This document shows, in pieces, positions 1 to 10,485 of a stretch of 64,000 nucleotides of DNA. The position numbers and the translations under genes were made by a program. Source of the DNA: Naegleria gruberi. Taxonomy: Eukaryota. The notes beneath the pieces were generated by a model. The model ran no database searches. It was not told the DNA's origin and saw nothing but the letters and a program-made list of their open reading frames with translations. The stretch's first letter is position 1. Every line of letters begins with the position of its first letter. The stretch lies in NCBI GenBank assembly GCA_000004985.1, contig GG738874.1; one strand, 5' to 3'.

Positions 1-29
1 AAATTCAAATTTATATTTGTCAGCTCAAT

Positions 30-1988
30 GTGGACAAAATTCAAGACACAACAATACCATTACATTTATTTATGGAATATCCAGTCAATAGTGAAGAATT
101 AGAATTCCAAGATTTATCGTTTACTTACCAACCAAATCTCTCCAACGCAAGATCTCTCTATTTTTTGAGATTTGTCCTTTTGGAAACTGTGGATAAGGTT
201 GATAAGGTTGTAAATTTCTGTGACAGCTGTAATTTTATGATAGTATCTCCAAGTAACAAGAAGAAGAAGAGTACTTCTTCACAACCAACACCTACAATTC
301 AGCACAATACTACTATACCGCCTGCTACTTCGACAACACCAACACTTCCTTCTCTCCCTCAAAATAATGTTTCATCCTTAACAAAACCCCCATCTAAGGG
401 AGGTGAGGCCCCAACTGTAGAATTCTTGAAGCGATTAATTTCCACAGCGCCTAAAAAAGAACATTTGAGCCATTGGAATAATTTCATGGTTACTCTTGAT
501 CAATTGAATGTGTATGATGGAAACTTTTTAAAGAAAGCTGAGGACATTTCTGACAGCATCAAGAGGGGAGGAAGATTCTCTGTATATCCTTGCATTGAGC
601 AATGCTGCCCTTCTTTTGGACCAATCAGAGGAGGAATACAAGTTAGCATTAACGTGAAAGATTTAGATGTTTATGATGAAGATGATTTATCAATTTTTAT
701 TGATGATATCAAGATTTCAAAGAAGGATATCACTTCTATACGACCAACTAAAATAGAATTTTATTTACCTGCACTGAAAGGATCACGTATTCCAGGCCAA
801 GTAGATGTTTCTATTTCTGTAGATAATGGATTTGAATGCTATTCTCATGTATTGTACAATTCTTTTGAATACGTCCTTGATGAGGAATTTGAAAAGAGGA
901 AGGGTACTATTCCTATGAAGGAAAGATCAGCTACTGGTCTTGTACAAGTTGTTACTATCAAGCCAATCAATGGTACAGCAGAAACTAATGAAGAAGAATA
1001 CGGAGATATCAACGAAAAAATGGATATCTATAATGGAGAATCTTGTCAATACAGTTCATGTATCCACTTTGAACGTGGATATTTGGATAGCTCAAAGTTA
1101 GATCCAAAACAAAGGTTCATGTGGGTTCTTCGCAGAGCTGATTCTGAGAGTCTCTATGGTTCTCAAGTTGCTAATGAAGATCACGCAGGTGTAATATTGA
1201 GAGGTGAAGCGATACTTAACAAGACAAAGATGGCAGACATTTTGGAAATGTGTTTTGAAATTGATAGAAGAATATCAAGTGAAAAGCTTGGAGTTGCAAT
1301 GAGTTTGCAACTTTTTGATAGAGAGACAAAGAAATACCTGTATACATCTAAGGCACTTCACATTCTTACCAGACCACCAAAGCCAGTCCAATACAGCAGT
1401 TTCAATGAAGACGAACGTGTTCTTCAACTTTTAGATAAGATCAAAACAAGAAAGAGAAGACGTGGCAGAAATGCTATTGCCTTTGATCCTAACTTGAACT
1501 CCCTAGGCCAGCCAATGACACATGCACTCTGCCTTTCAGATAATGAAGTTGAAATTCAAAAATCATTCCAACAATTCCATTTGGAAGTGAATGACCAATT
1601 TTCCAGAAGTCCTTTCCACTTGGCTTTTGCTGCAGGAAATTTGAATGCTGTAAAATTCTTTATGGAAAAGATTGCAGTCTCTCCTCACATTTATTTATTC
1701 CAGAGAGATTGTTATAATCAAACACCTTTCCATCTTGCGTTCAAGTTTTACAGGACTAAATTCCTGGTTGAGTGTTGCGCATTCCTTAAAGAAAAACTTG
1801 ATAAGTCAACAAATAGGAATGAAAATTCTCAAAATGTTGATATCTCTCCAACTGTCCAACAGAAACAAGATAAAAAGAGAAAAACACCTTCATCATCCAA
1901 TGAAACAACCAAACGAACCAAAGTTGAAGTCATCAGTTCCTCTGACGATGAGGAAGAAACCAGTCTCCACCTGCAAGATGATGAATAA
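30..1988 (+). CDS. IPT/TIG-domain plus ankyrin-repeat protein (possible transcription factor). The reading frame is open to the window edge, so the 5' end may lie upstream.
   Basis: Single 652-aa ORF. A TIG-like beta-sandwich segment (SVYPCIEQCCPSFGPIRGGIQVSINVKDLDV...) is followed by ANK-like repeats (FHLAFAAGNLNAVKFF; TPFHLAFKFY) and an acidic/Ser-rich tail. There is no stop codon in frame between position 3 and the ATG at 30. Confidence 0.5.
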   Translation: MDKIQDTTIPLHLFMEYPVNSEELEFQDLSFTYQPNLSNARSLYFLRFVLLETVDKVDKVVNFCDSCNFMIVSPSNKKKKSTSSQPTPTIQHNTTIPPATSTTPTLPSLPQNNVSSLTKPPSKGGEAPTVEFLKRLISTAPKKEHLSHWNNFMVTLDQLNVYDGNFLKKAEDISDSIKRGGRFSVYPCIEQCCPSFGPIRGGIQVSINVKDLDVYDEDDLSIFIDDIKISKKDITSIRPTKIEFYLPALKGSRIPGQVDVSISVDNGFECYSHVLYNSFEYVLDEEFEKRKGTIPMKERSATGLVQVVTIKPINGTAETNEEEYGDINEKMDIYNGESCQYSSCIHFERGYLDSSKLDPKQRFMWVLRRADSESLYGSQVANEDHAGVILRGEAILNKTKMADILEMCFEIDRRISSEKLGVAMSLQLFDRETKKYLYTSKALHILTRPPKPVQYSSFNEDERVLQLLDKIKTRKRRRGRNAIAFDPNLNSLGQPMTHALCLSDNEVEIQKSFQQFHLEVNDQFSRSPFHLAFAAGNLNAVKFFMEKIAVSPHIYLFQRDCYNQTPFHLAFKFYRTKFLVECCAFLKEKLDKSTNRNENSQNVDISPTVQQKQDKKRKTPSSSNETTKRTKVEVISSSDDEEETSLHLQDDE

Positions 1989-2162
1989 ATCTTTAATTGT
2001 TTTTTGAATAAACTAGTATTGATTCACATAAACATATTATTGTAGTAAAGAGTTCAAATATTTAGTGGAAAAAAATTGCGCCAACTCTCATTTTCGTTCC
2101 CAAAAAAATTGATTTCTTTTTGCTTGCGTTTTGTTGAAGAGGAAAAGAATTTTTCTTCGGAG

Positions 2163-3452
2163 ATGATCAATCAACCAAACGCTATTGAAAATTTAATGGT
2201 AATTCGAAAGGATGATGATGACGCCAGTCTCCTGTACAATAACAATAAGGAAAATAATTTATTTCATTCATCAAAGAATAGAGAAATATTACCCACTACG
2301 AGTACGAGTACTTTTAATTCAACAACAAATTCAATAATTGTGAAGCGAAGTGATGAAGCGTGCAATGTTGTGAGTAAGAACGGAGAGGAAAGAATTCCAC
2401 TCTCTGAATTAAATGTAAATACACTGAAGAGATTAAATAGTACTATCGAGTCTTCAAGTCAATTGCCTTTGGAAAAGAAGAAGAAATGTCAGCATGTTAA
2501 AGATGATATAGATTCTACAAGAAGAAAGGCCGAATCGATATGTGGTACTTCCTCTTCTTCAATAGAGATTACTAAATTATCGGAATTTAGTTTCCTATTG
2601 GAAAGAGAGAAAAAGCAAAATAATGTTTATTATTTCAACTCGAATGACAATACCCAAAACTCAATTCTCACAACCATGTACGAGAGTATCGTTCATAGCA
2701 TGTGTGAATTTCACCAAAATTGTAAATACATACATTTGAGATATTGTACAGAACAAAACTCTGATATTTGTAGATATTGTTACACAAACGAACATGTTTT
2801 TAGTATGGTATGTAGTAGTTTTAATTGTTTTGAAATTAATTTCGAATTGTAGAGCTATATGTTTGCGAGAAGACTTTGTTTTAGTTGTAGCTCATCCTCG
2901 AAAATTGCCCAGACTGTAACCAAAGTTAAGGGCGAGAATCAAACAAAACAATTTTTTAAATTAATGGCCTCCTCCTTATATAGAATTGCACTCAAAGTAG
3001 CAGATCTATGTTTTCCTCTTCCAACTCAAAATACCTTTTCGAAATACATCTCAAAAGAAAGTTATGCTGCAACAGCACTTCCAAATATGGAACTACAAAT
3101 TCTTAATTTATTTAATTATGATCATTTACTTGCAACAACTCCTGTGAGTTTTTTGTCTGTATTGATGAATGGTTCAATGTGTTGCGATGATGCATTGACA
3201 AATATGTTATTCAGAATGAAAATAGAGGAAAGAGTTATTGAGCTCTTTACAAAGTTTGAATTTCTTACAAAACTGGAAGCATTTAATATCCCACCTTCAA
3301 AATTATGTTGTGGCGCATTGTCTCTCGCAAGAAAGGAGCTCGACTTACCTTCTTGGTCGGAACCCTTACAACAATTAACGACCTATCAATTGAGTGATTT
3401 TGAAGATGTCATTTCCTTCTTTTCCAAATATTCAAACACCTCCAATAATTAA
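2163..3452 (+). CDS. Cyclin-like protein in two exons (2163-2807 and 2853-3452), separated by a 45-nt intron at 2808-2852 (GTATGT...TTGTAG).
   Basis: The join ...NEHVFSM|SYMFARRL... is in frame. The C-terminal part matches the cyclin-box core (ESYAATALPNMELQILNLFNYDHLLATTPVSFL compared with cyclin A ...RMEHLVLKVLTFDLAAPTVNQFL). The N-terminal half of the box is weak. Confidence 0.45.
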
Positions 3453-3487
3453 AACAAATCATTCTAATATTTTACAATTGAATTTAT

Positions 3488-4210
3488 TTAGAAAAGAATG
3501 TAACGCAACAAAATTAAGAAAATCAAGATACCAAGAATGATAAGTGGTATCTTGTACTTTTTCCATAAAGTTAATTTGGCCAGTTCTGTTGCACCAGTTT
3601 TGAACTTTTTAGCTCCATCCAGTATTTCATTACTCATATTACTCATTTGATTTAATTCTTCTCCTCTTCCAATAACATCCGAAAGATTCTTCTTAATAAT
3701 TTGGTGTACATCATTTAATTCATCTTTAAGAGTTTGAATATTTCTCTTTGTACGAGAATCAGTATAGATTCTTCTTGTTTTTTGAATAAAGGTATCAAAT
3801 TTCATAAAGGCATATGGTCTTTCCACTTTGTGCACTTCAGAACTATAAAGTTGTTCAAATTCCTTCTTTAATTCTTCCAAGAAATTGTAAGCCATTTGTG
3901 AACTGTACGATTTTTCACAAAGAGTCATATATATTACACCCATACTTGTTAAACTATGGAAAACCATTGAACCACTATCAATACTAATCTTTTCATTTGA
4001 ATTTGATCCAAAAAGTGATAACTGTTCCATAATTTTTTTACGTTGATTCTTGTATTGTTCAAAAGCATCAGGTTGATTCTTCTTATTTGCATTATTAGCA
4101 CCACTTGGATTTACTTTTACATTAATTTCATCATCACCTTCCTTTTCATCAATAGATTCAGCCAACGGAAGTGAATCAGAAATACGAGCAATATAGGTAA
4201 GCTTGAGCAT
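3488..4210 (-). CDS. sec22: Sec22-type longin-domain R-SNARE
   Basis: 240-aa ORF. It aligns along its whole length with Sec22b: N-terminal MLKLTYIARISDSLPLAES, the motif RPYAFMKFDTFIQKTRRIYTDSRTKRN, a SNARE heptad region and a C-terminal transmembrane anchor. Confidence 0.85.
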   Translation of the reverse strand: MLKLTYIARISDSLPLAESIDEKEGDDEINVKVNPSGANNANKKNQPDAFEQYKNQRKKIMEQLSLFGSNSNEKISIDSGSMVFHSLTSMGVIYMTLCEKSYSSQMAYNFLEELKKEFEQLYSSEVHKVERPYAFMKFDTFIQKTRRIYTDSRTKRNIQTLKDELNDVHQIIKKNLSDVIGRGEELNQMSNMSNEILDGAKKFKTGATELAKLTLWKKYKIPLIILGILIFLILLRYILF

Positions 4211-4454
4211 CTCTAGAGTTTCGGATTTGTATTAAACAGAAAAAAAGTCCTCCGTATAATGATGAGGTATTTTTTTTAATAGATTTTGTGATGACGTCGT
4301 TTGTTTTTTCTACCGCTCATCATCTTCGTCATCACCCGATATTTAATTTTAATTCGTAGGATGATGATGAAAAGGAGTTCAACGTATGCGGTGAGTCATC
4401 ACATGATTTCAACAGAGTTCATTTATCTGTATATTTCAAAGAAGATTGGGAGAG

Positions 4455-5081
4455 TTAAAGTAAATGAGGATTTTGTTGAAGTTTTTCGAATAGAATGTCT
4501 GCAATTCGATCATAACCATCTGGAGTGAAATGAATTGGATCATCCCAATATTTGGATTGTTCCTCTTCTGTGCATTTACAAAAATTCAATTCTTCCATTA
4601 AATCAATGAACAATAGTTTCGGATTTTTAGATTTTTCAACAAATTCTCTAAGGGCATTGTTGATTTTTGATTTCTTATTGAGATATTCAGATTTTACATC
4701 AAATGCACTTGATGGAATGGAGCAAGCTACCACGAATCTGAAATGATTATATTGTAAACATCTTTCATACATTTCAATCAAGTTTCCAATAGTATCATCC
4801 GATTCACAAGATATTAAATCATTTGTTCCTGCAATGATAATGACACCGTCAAAGGATTCAGGTGGATAATAATTGAATATTTGATCAAGACGAATTTTCA
4901 TCCTATCAGTCCTTTCACCACTCAATCCGAAAGGTTCAACATGATATGGAATATTCTTTAAATTTGAAAGTAATTTAGAAAGTCTAGTTGAGTATGGATG
5001 AAATTTGAGACCATTACAGTAGAAACCTGCAGTGATTGAAGCTCCAAGTGCCATGATATTGATGGGTTCCATTTCTTGCAT
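4455..5081 (-). CDS. SGNH/GDSL-family hydrolase (Iah1-like esterase)
   Basis: 208-aa ORF with an N-terminal G-x-S-x block (IMALGASITAG), a GTNDL block (IIIAGTNDL) and a C-terminal DxxH catalytic block (DPIHFTPDGY). Confidence 0.55.
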   Translation of the reverse strand: MQEMEPINIMALGASITAGFYCNGLKFHPYSTRLSKLLSNLKNIPYHVEPFGLSGERTDRMKIRLDQIFNYYPPESFDGVIIIAGTNDLISCESDDTIGNLIEMYERCLQYNHFRFVVACSIPSSAFDVKSEYLNKKSKINNALREFVEKSKNPKLLFIDLMEELNFCKCTEEEQSKYWDDPIHFTPDGYDRIADILFEKLQQNPHLL

Positions 5082-5297
5082 TTTTATTTAAATTGTGTTA
5101 GAATCATTACAAAGTTTTATCCAGTTCCAAAACATTTGATTTTTATCAATTCCACATCAAGATTTTAACTTTATTGCTGGTTTGGGTTATTGTTATGAAT
5201 TTAATAATGGTATGTCTACATTCGCATTCGTTAGGAGTTGCATTATATTAAATATTTAATAAATTATTTAAAAACCCATGACAAACCCACCTTCTGG

Positions 5298-6035
5298 TTA
5301 ATCTTTGGACTTTTTATATTCAAAAGGAATAATCCAATCCTGTATATCATAATCACCTTGCTTCCAAATTCCTCTTTTAACAAAAGTAAATCCACATTCT
5401 TCATCCTCAATATCATATAGAACTTTCTGCTTTCCATCTTTTTTCAAATCGGGAACCACAAAGTAATAATAAGGTTGCTCATTGATAACGTAAGACACGC
5501 CACAATTACAAAAGTAAAGCTTATGCTGTCTATTATTGACATAAATTTTTCTTTCTGCAAATACATGCTTGTCAACTTGAGTGACAGCATGCTTTGGACA
5601 GTCGATTGGTCTCACAATTTCAAAGTATTCCTCAAAGTAAACATCCGTATCTTCCTCATCCTCCTCTTCTTCTTCCAGCAATACTTTCGGTAACATTATT
5701 CTATCCAGTCTTTCCCCTAAGAAAAACAATCTGTTTTCTTCATCAGTCAATTTGCATTCCAAGATTCTTGTCATGATTCCTTTAAGTTGTGTGAACATAT
5801 TTTGAAATGATTTCTTAATGCCATTTAACTCTTGAGGAGAGAGATTAACATCATCAGAACGAGCGTCCTTTTTCGATAATTTCATAACCTTTACCTTAGT
5901 ATTCACCAATTTTGAAAGACATCTCTTGTAATCGTATTGGGCCAGAATTTTCTTGACCATATATTTTGGAACAATATCATATTCAATAATGTCTCTAATC
6001 AATATGTGAGCACATGTATGAGGTGAATGAATCAA
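5298..6035 (-). CDS. Hypothetical protein (acidic stretch, Cys/His pairs). The ORF is bounded upstream by a stop codon with no ATG, so at least one further 5' exon is expected.
   Basis: 245-aa ORF. No family was recognised. The in-frame upstream sequence (...LDKYHHELIHSP) runs back to a TAA without a methionine. Confidence 0.35.
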   Translation of the reverse strand: MIHSPHTCAHILIRDIIEYDIVPKYMVKKILAQYDYKRCLSKLVNTKVKVMKLSKKDARSDDVNLSPQELNGIKKSFQNMFTQLKGIMTRILECKLTDEENRLFFLGERLDRIMLPKVLLEEEEEDEEDTDVYFEEYFEIVRPIDCPKHAVTQVDKHVFAERKIYVNNRQHKLYFCNCGVSYVINEQPYYYFVVPDLKKDGKQKVLYDIEDEECGFTFVKRGIWKQGDYDIQDWIIPFEYKKSKD

Positions 6036-6420
6036 TTCGTGATGATATTTATCCAGAACAGCAAAGGTACGGGAGTTTTAGTGGACAGGTTAGCAGCATT
6101 CTTATTCTTCATGTATAACACCGATTCACGAGAAGATGATAGTAGTTTGTATTTTTTAAAATATGCCAGGTTTTGAGATAATGGTGGGCTTAGAATTTAA
6201 CGAAAATGGTTTGCCTGTTGTTTGCCTTCTTGATGTGTTTTGAAGCACTACAATTTCCTTTTTGCTTAATTTTATCTCAAAACGCGGCATTAATAAGCTT
6301 GTTCAAATGAACTTGTCGGGCTATAAAGGATAATAAATACTATGAGATGTGTTTACTGTGTGAGGTGAGGTTAATTCTATTTACATGACTATAATTGTGC
6401 GTGCCTAGGATGATGAAGTT

Positions 6421-7930
6421 TTAATTCTTAGTTTTCTTTTTTGATGAGGATTGTTGGTCTTTAGTGGATGGCTTTTTCCTCTTTTTTGGATCGTTCTCTC
6501 CTTGTACTGCTTGTTGTTGGGAGGAACTTTGTTGAGGTGGAATTGAGGATTGTTGCTGCGGAGGGACTGTAGGTTGATGCTGGTGTGAATGATGATGTGT
6601 TCGTTGGTGTGTATTGTTTGGATTATTTGGAGGAATTGGTTGCTGAGCATTAATGGGAGCCTGATTTTGAACTGGACGATCTGCATGAATGGTTTGATCA
6701 GGATAATTGTATTGTCTTTTTTCAAAACAGCTATTCCAATAATTATTTTTCATTTTCTTTTTAAAATATACTTACTAGGAATAATTCTTATTCTGTTCAA
6801 AGAGTCGATGTTTAAGGGCTTCAGATGCTGTTATTCTTTTTGATGGATCATAACACAATAGTTGTTTCAATAAATCCATCTCTGGTGAGTCAGGTGGTAG
6901 CTCTGTATGATTTTCCAAATTTGGTGTATATTTTGGTATAGTTCCAATCATTTGATAAAAATCCAAATCCTTAATTGTTGGCCAGTCTGCCTCTGTTGGA
7001 GTTCCAAGAACTGAAAATATTTTCTCCAATTGATCTCTTTGAAATTGTTCCTTATTGTTCTCTCTGCCTTCAAATATTGGTTTGGTAGTAATGAGCTCAT
7101 TAAAAATACATCCCAAACTCCAAATATCCACAGCTGGAGTGTAATGCTTAGCTCCAAGTAATAATTCAGGAGCTCTAATACATAGAATATTAATATTAAT
7201 ATCGAGTATCACATGAACACATACCTATACCAAATGGTGACAACAGGTCCATCATCTGCCAATTTCCTGAGTGGATCTTTAAATACACGAGCCAATCCAA
7301 AGTCAGCAATTTTTATAACACCTCTGTCATTACCTTCATCATGTATCAATATGTTTGCAGGTTTCTTTTCAAAATAAGTGTAAACTTCATTAATATAACT
7401 TACCAAATCTCTGTGTATCACCTAATTGAGATTAATAGAATATTCCACATTCTAACTTACCCATGCTTTGTGTAAATAATCCAATCCACATAGCATTTGA
7501 TACAATATTGACCTCACAACTCCTTTATCCAATTTAGGGTGTAGTCGTTTGTTATTCATATCCGTAATTTGTTTCTTATGATAATGCAATAATTTCTCCA
7601 AATCCAATTTACAATAAGGTGTTACCATGTAGAACAACCCATCAGATTTATCCAAAACAATATCTTTAACTTTTAGAATGTTGGGATGATCCAATTCCTT
7701 CAATAACTATAAAATTTAATCCAAATTGCCAACAACTGTTTTAACACTTACATTGATTTCTCTACAGATCGAGAAGGGAATACCTTCACTCTCTCTTGCC
7801 AATTTTAATTTGAATGATTTGATGGCCACTCTGTGACTTGTTGGAATTTCTTTTATATTTGATTAGTAACGAGATCCGATCGGAAATACCTACCTCTGGC
7901 CAATTTTACAATCTAACCCCATCATTAATA
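6421..7930 (-). CDS. cdk8: Cyclin-dependent kinase 8 homologue, multi-exon. The last 45-nt intron (6731-6775) overlaps the apparent stop codon and adds a Q/P/H-rich C-terminal tail.
   Basis: Strong matches to CDK8: KQIEG.P.S.CREI.LL+EL.HPN; an HRDL|KPANIL split by an intron; [32 protein letters not shown]; [34 protein letters not shown]; [24 protein letters not shown]. The start ATG-ATG is at 7930. Exons were joined by hand through GTAAGT/GTATGT donors. Confidence 0.8.
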
Positions 7931-8198
7931 TATTAAACATTTAACTGATTTTACGTACACCATCTGTTAGCAAAAATTATTACAACAATAACATCGGAAC
8001 ACTCTACTTACAAGCTCCTTCACCGATTCTATATCACAATAAAATTATCAATTTAATTATCAAAACACATACTTTCCAACCAACTCATAACGTTGATCCA
8101 ATGTTTTATACTTTTTAAATGTTTTGTCTTTCAACCGACTTGTCATTTTTTTTTGATTAAATGTAACGGAAATTTTGTTGTTTTGACAAAATTGGTTT

Positions 8199-10364
8199 TT
8201 AATATTTGACAACAACCTTTTGTTGGTTGGCTGGGTTGATTGAATCCTTTTGCTGTTTCATTTGTTCGGATTTGAAAGTTGTCTTTAAGGTCTTCTTCAT
8301 TTCTCTCTTTTGTTGTTTTAATTCTTTCATCTTTTGCTTTCTTTCCTTCTTTTCTTCTTTGGTTTCTCCCTTCTTTCTTGCTTCACCAAGGTTTTGAACT
8401 TCTTCAAAATCATCTTCATCAATTTCTTCTTCATTAAGGTCAACCTGTTGTTTACCAACAACGCCAATTGGCATACCTGACTTTTCTGAGAGAACAATCT
8501 TTTTCTTTCTTCCAGGTCTGTCATCAATAATTGAAGGATGGTTATAAATGTTCGAATAGCTTGTTAAAATAGTTTCACAATCCCATCTATTATCTTTTTC
8601 AGGTATCGTTATTACTTCAGTTTCACCCTTTGATTCGTCCTTTTCTTGTCTATCGAGTTGTCTAAGAGCCATCTTTAATCGTTCTTCCTTTGGCAATTCA
8701 TTCAATTTTTCTAAATCTTCTCTACGATAAACCTTCATATCTGATGGGAGATTAGCTTCAATTTCTCTTAATTCTTCATCTGTTATTTCATTACTTCTCT
8801 TGAATTCACCAGCTCCAAACTTTCTTCTTTGTTCTGTAAAGAAATCTTCCAATAAATCATTCATCTTCTTTGGATCGTATTCAGTTCCTTCCCTAAGTTT
8901 TTGATTATCATCGTCGAGTTCACCAATTTGATCGTCAGAATAAGCATTCTTATAGAATGATTCAAAATCTTGATCGAATTGTTTTCTATTTTCTGATACA
9001 GTATATGCATGATCTTCTTTGTCATCCTCTTCTTCTTCGTCACCTTCCTCATCTACATCTTCCCAATCTCCACCATCTTCGCCATCATCATCTTCCCAGT
9101 CTTCATCATCGTCATCTCCTTCTTCATCCACAAAAGTAACCTTCTTTTGTGAAGTTGTTTTTGATGATTTTGTTGTGGCAGGTGTAGCTTTCGATTTTGT
9201 TGTTGGTGCTGATGGTTTTGTGGCAACAGCAGTTTTACCTCCCTTCTTCTTTTTAGCTTCCTCTTCCTCAATTAATAATAATTCCTCACGTGGTAAGAAC
9301 TTCTTTAATAAATCCAATGGAAGTTCTGCATCGTTATCAAATTGATAAACTTTAGCTCCATCCACATCCTCATACATATCATCATCTTCTTCGGCTTGTT
9401 CCTTCAAATCTTGAACAAGTTCTCCAAAGAAATCATCATAATCATCACCATACTTTTCCAAAGGATCATCCTTTTTACCTTCTGTTTCATCCTCTTCTGG
9501 TTTATCTTCTTCTTCCAACAATGTTTCAATTTCTCTATCAAGTTTACCAGAACCATACTTATCTAAACCGTAGGCTTTAAAATCGGTTTTCAATTTAAAT
9601 GGTTCATCCATAGCTTTCTTCTTTTGTTCCTCTTCTTCTTCAAGATCAATTTCTTCAGCATCTGCACCTTTACGAGAAATAAGTTCTTCCAATGTTGGTT
9701 TTTGTTTTTCTGATGATTTTGTTGTTGTTGTTTGAGATGTTACTACAGGTTTAGTTGGCTTCTTAACTGGTTCTTCCTCTTCCCCATCATCATCTTCATA
9801 ATCCTCATCATCATCAACATCTTCATAGTCTCCGTCATCGTCTTCATCAGAAAAAACAGGTTCTTCTGCTTGACTTTCAGAATAAAGAAGTGTGGATGGT
9901 TGTAACGAATTTTGGCCAAAAGCACTCATATAAGTACCACCACCAATATTTCGGATATGTTTTGAATAATCGTAGCCATCATCAGGGAAGAGAAAACCAA
10001 CAGTTTTACGTTGCTTTTCCTTTTTCATGTCTTCGGTTTCTTCATCACCAATTTCATCTTCATCTTCGTCGTCATAGTCACCATCTTCATCATCTTCGTC
10101 ATCTTCATCATTCATATCAATCATTTGTTGAAGACCGTACATAACTTTTGGTTCCTCTTCATCTTCTTCCTCCTCTTCAATAGCATCTCCAAGTGTTTGT
10201 TTAATTTGTTCATATGTTTCCTTTGCTTTTTCACTTTGTTCTTCCAAGTTAGTTGGTACCCAGACTGTGGTTTTACCATCGTTACCTCCTTGGAACAATC
10301 TGAAGGTGATACTATTCTTCTTGTCGATCTTTTTAGACTTTGGTGGCATTTTTTTGAAGTTCAA
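8199..10364 (-). CDS. ltv1: LTV1 ribosome-biogenesis factor homologue
   Basis: 721-aa single exon. The N-terminus is PPKSKKIDKKNSITFRLF (human LTV1 has KKKPFIEKKKAVSFHLVHR). The C-terminal block KDNRWDCETILTSYSNIYNHP matches the LTV1 block KEKWDCESICSTYSNLYNHP. The middle is long and acidic, with a basic tail. Confidence 0.75.
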   Translation of the reverse strand: MNFKKMPPKSKKIDKKNSITFRLFQGGNDGKTTVWVPTNLEEQSEKAKETYEQIKQTLGDAIEEEEEDEEEPKVMYGLQQMIDMNDEDDEDDEDGDYDDEDEDEIGDEETEDMKKEKQRKTVGFLFPDDGYDYSKHIRNIGGGTYMSAFGQNSLQPSTLLYSESQAEEPVFSDEDDDGDYEDVDDDEDYEDDDGEEEEPVKKPTKPVVTSQTTTTKSSEKQKPTLEELISRKGADAEEIDLEEEEEQKKKAMDEPFKLKTDFKAYGLDKYGSGKLDREIETLLEEEDKPEEDETEGKKDDPLEKYGDDYDDFFGELVQDLKEQAEEDDDMYEDVDGAKVYQFDNDAELPLDLLKKFLPREELLLIEEEEAKKKKGGKTAVATKPSAPTTKSKATPATTKSSKTTSQKKVTFVDEEGDDDDEDWEDDDGEDGGDWEDVDEEGDEEEEDDKEDHAYTVSENRKQFDQDFESFYKNAYSDDQIGELDDDNQKLREGTEYDPKKMNDLLEDFFTEQRRKFGAGEFKRSNEITDEELREIEANLPSDMKVYRREDLEKLNELPKEERLKMALRQLDRQEKDESKGETEVITIPEKDNRWDCETILTSYSNIYNHPSIIDDRPGRKKKIVLSEKSGMPIGVVGKQQVDLNEEEIDEDDFEEVQNLGEARKKGETKEEKKERKQKMKELKQQKREMKKTLKTTFKSEQMKQQKDSINPANQQKVVVKY

Positions 10365-10485
10365 TTTTTAAATGTAAAATTAACTCACATAAGAGAATTG
10401 ACTATTGCATTTCTCAATTATTAAACAAAAAGAAAATGTTTAAAGTATTATTATTAATAAACAAATAAATAAGAGATTGGTTTTT

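Noticed and set aside
1672-2007. A 111-aa + strand ORF overlapping the 3' end of the TIG/ANK gene
   Set aside because: It is an alternative frame of a well-supported longer ORF and has no domain content.
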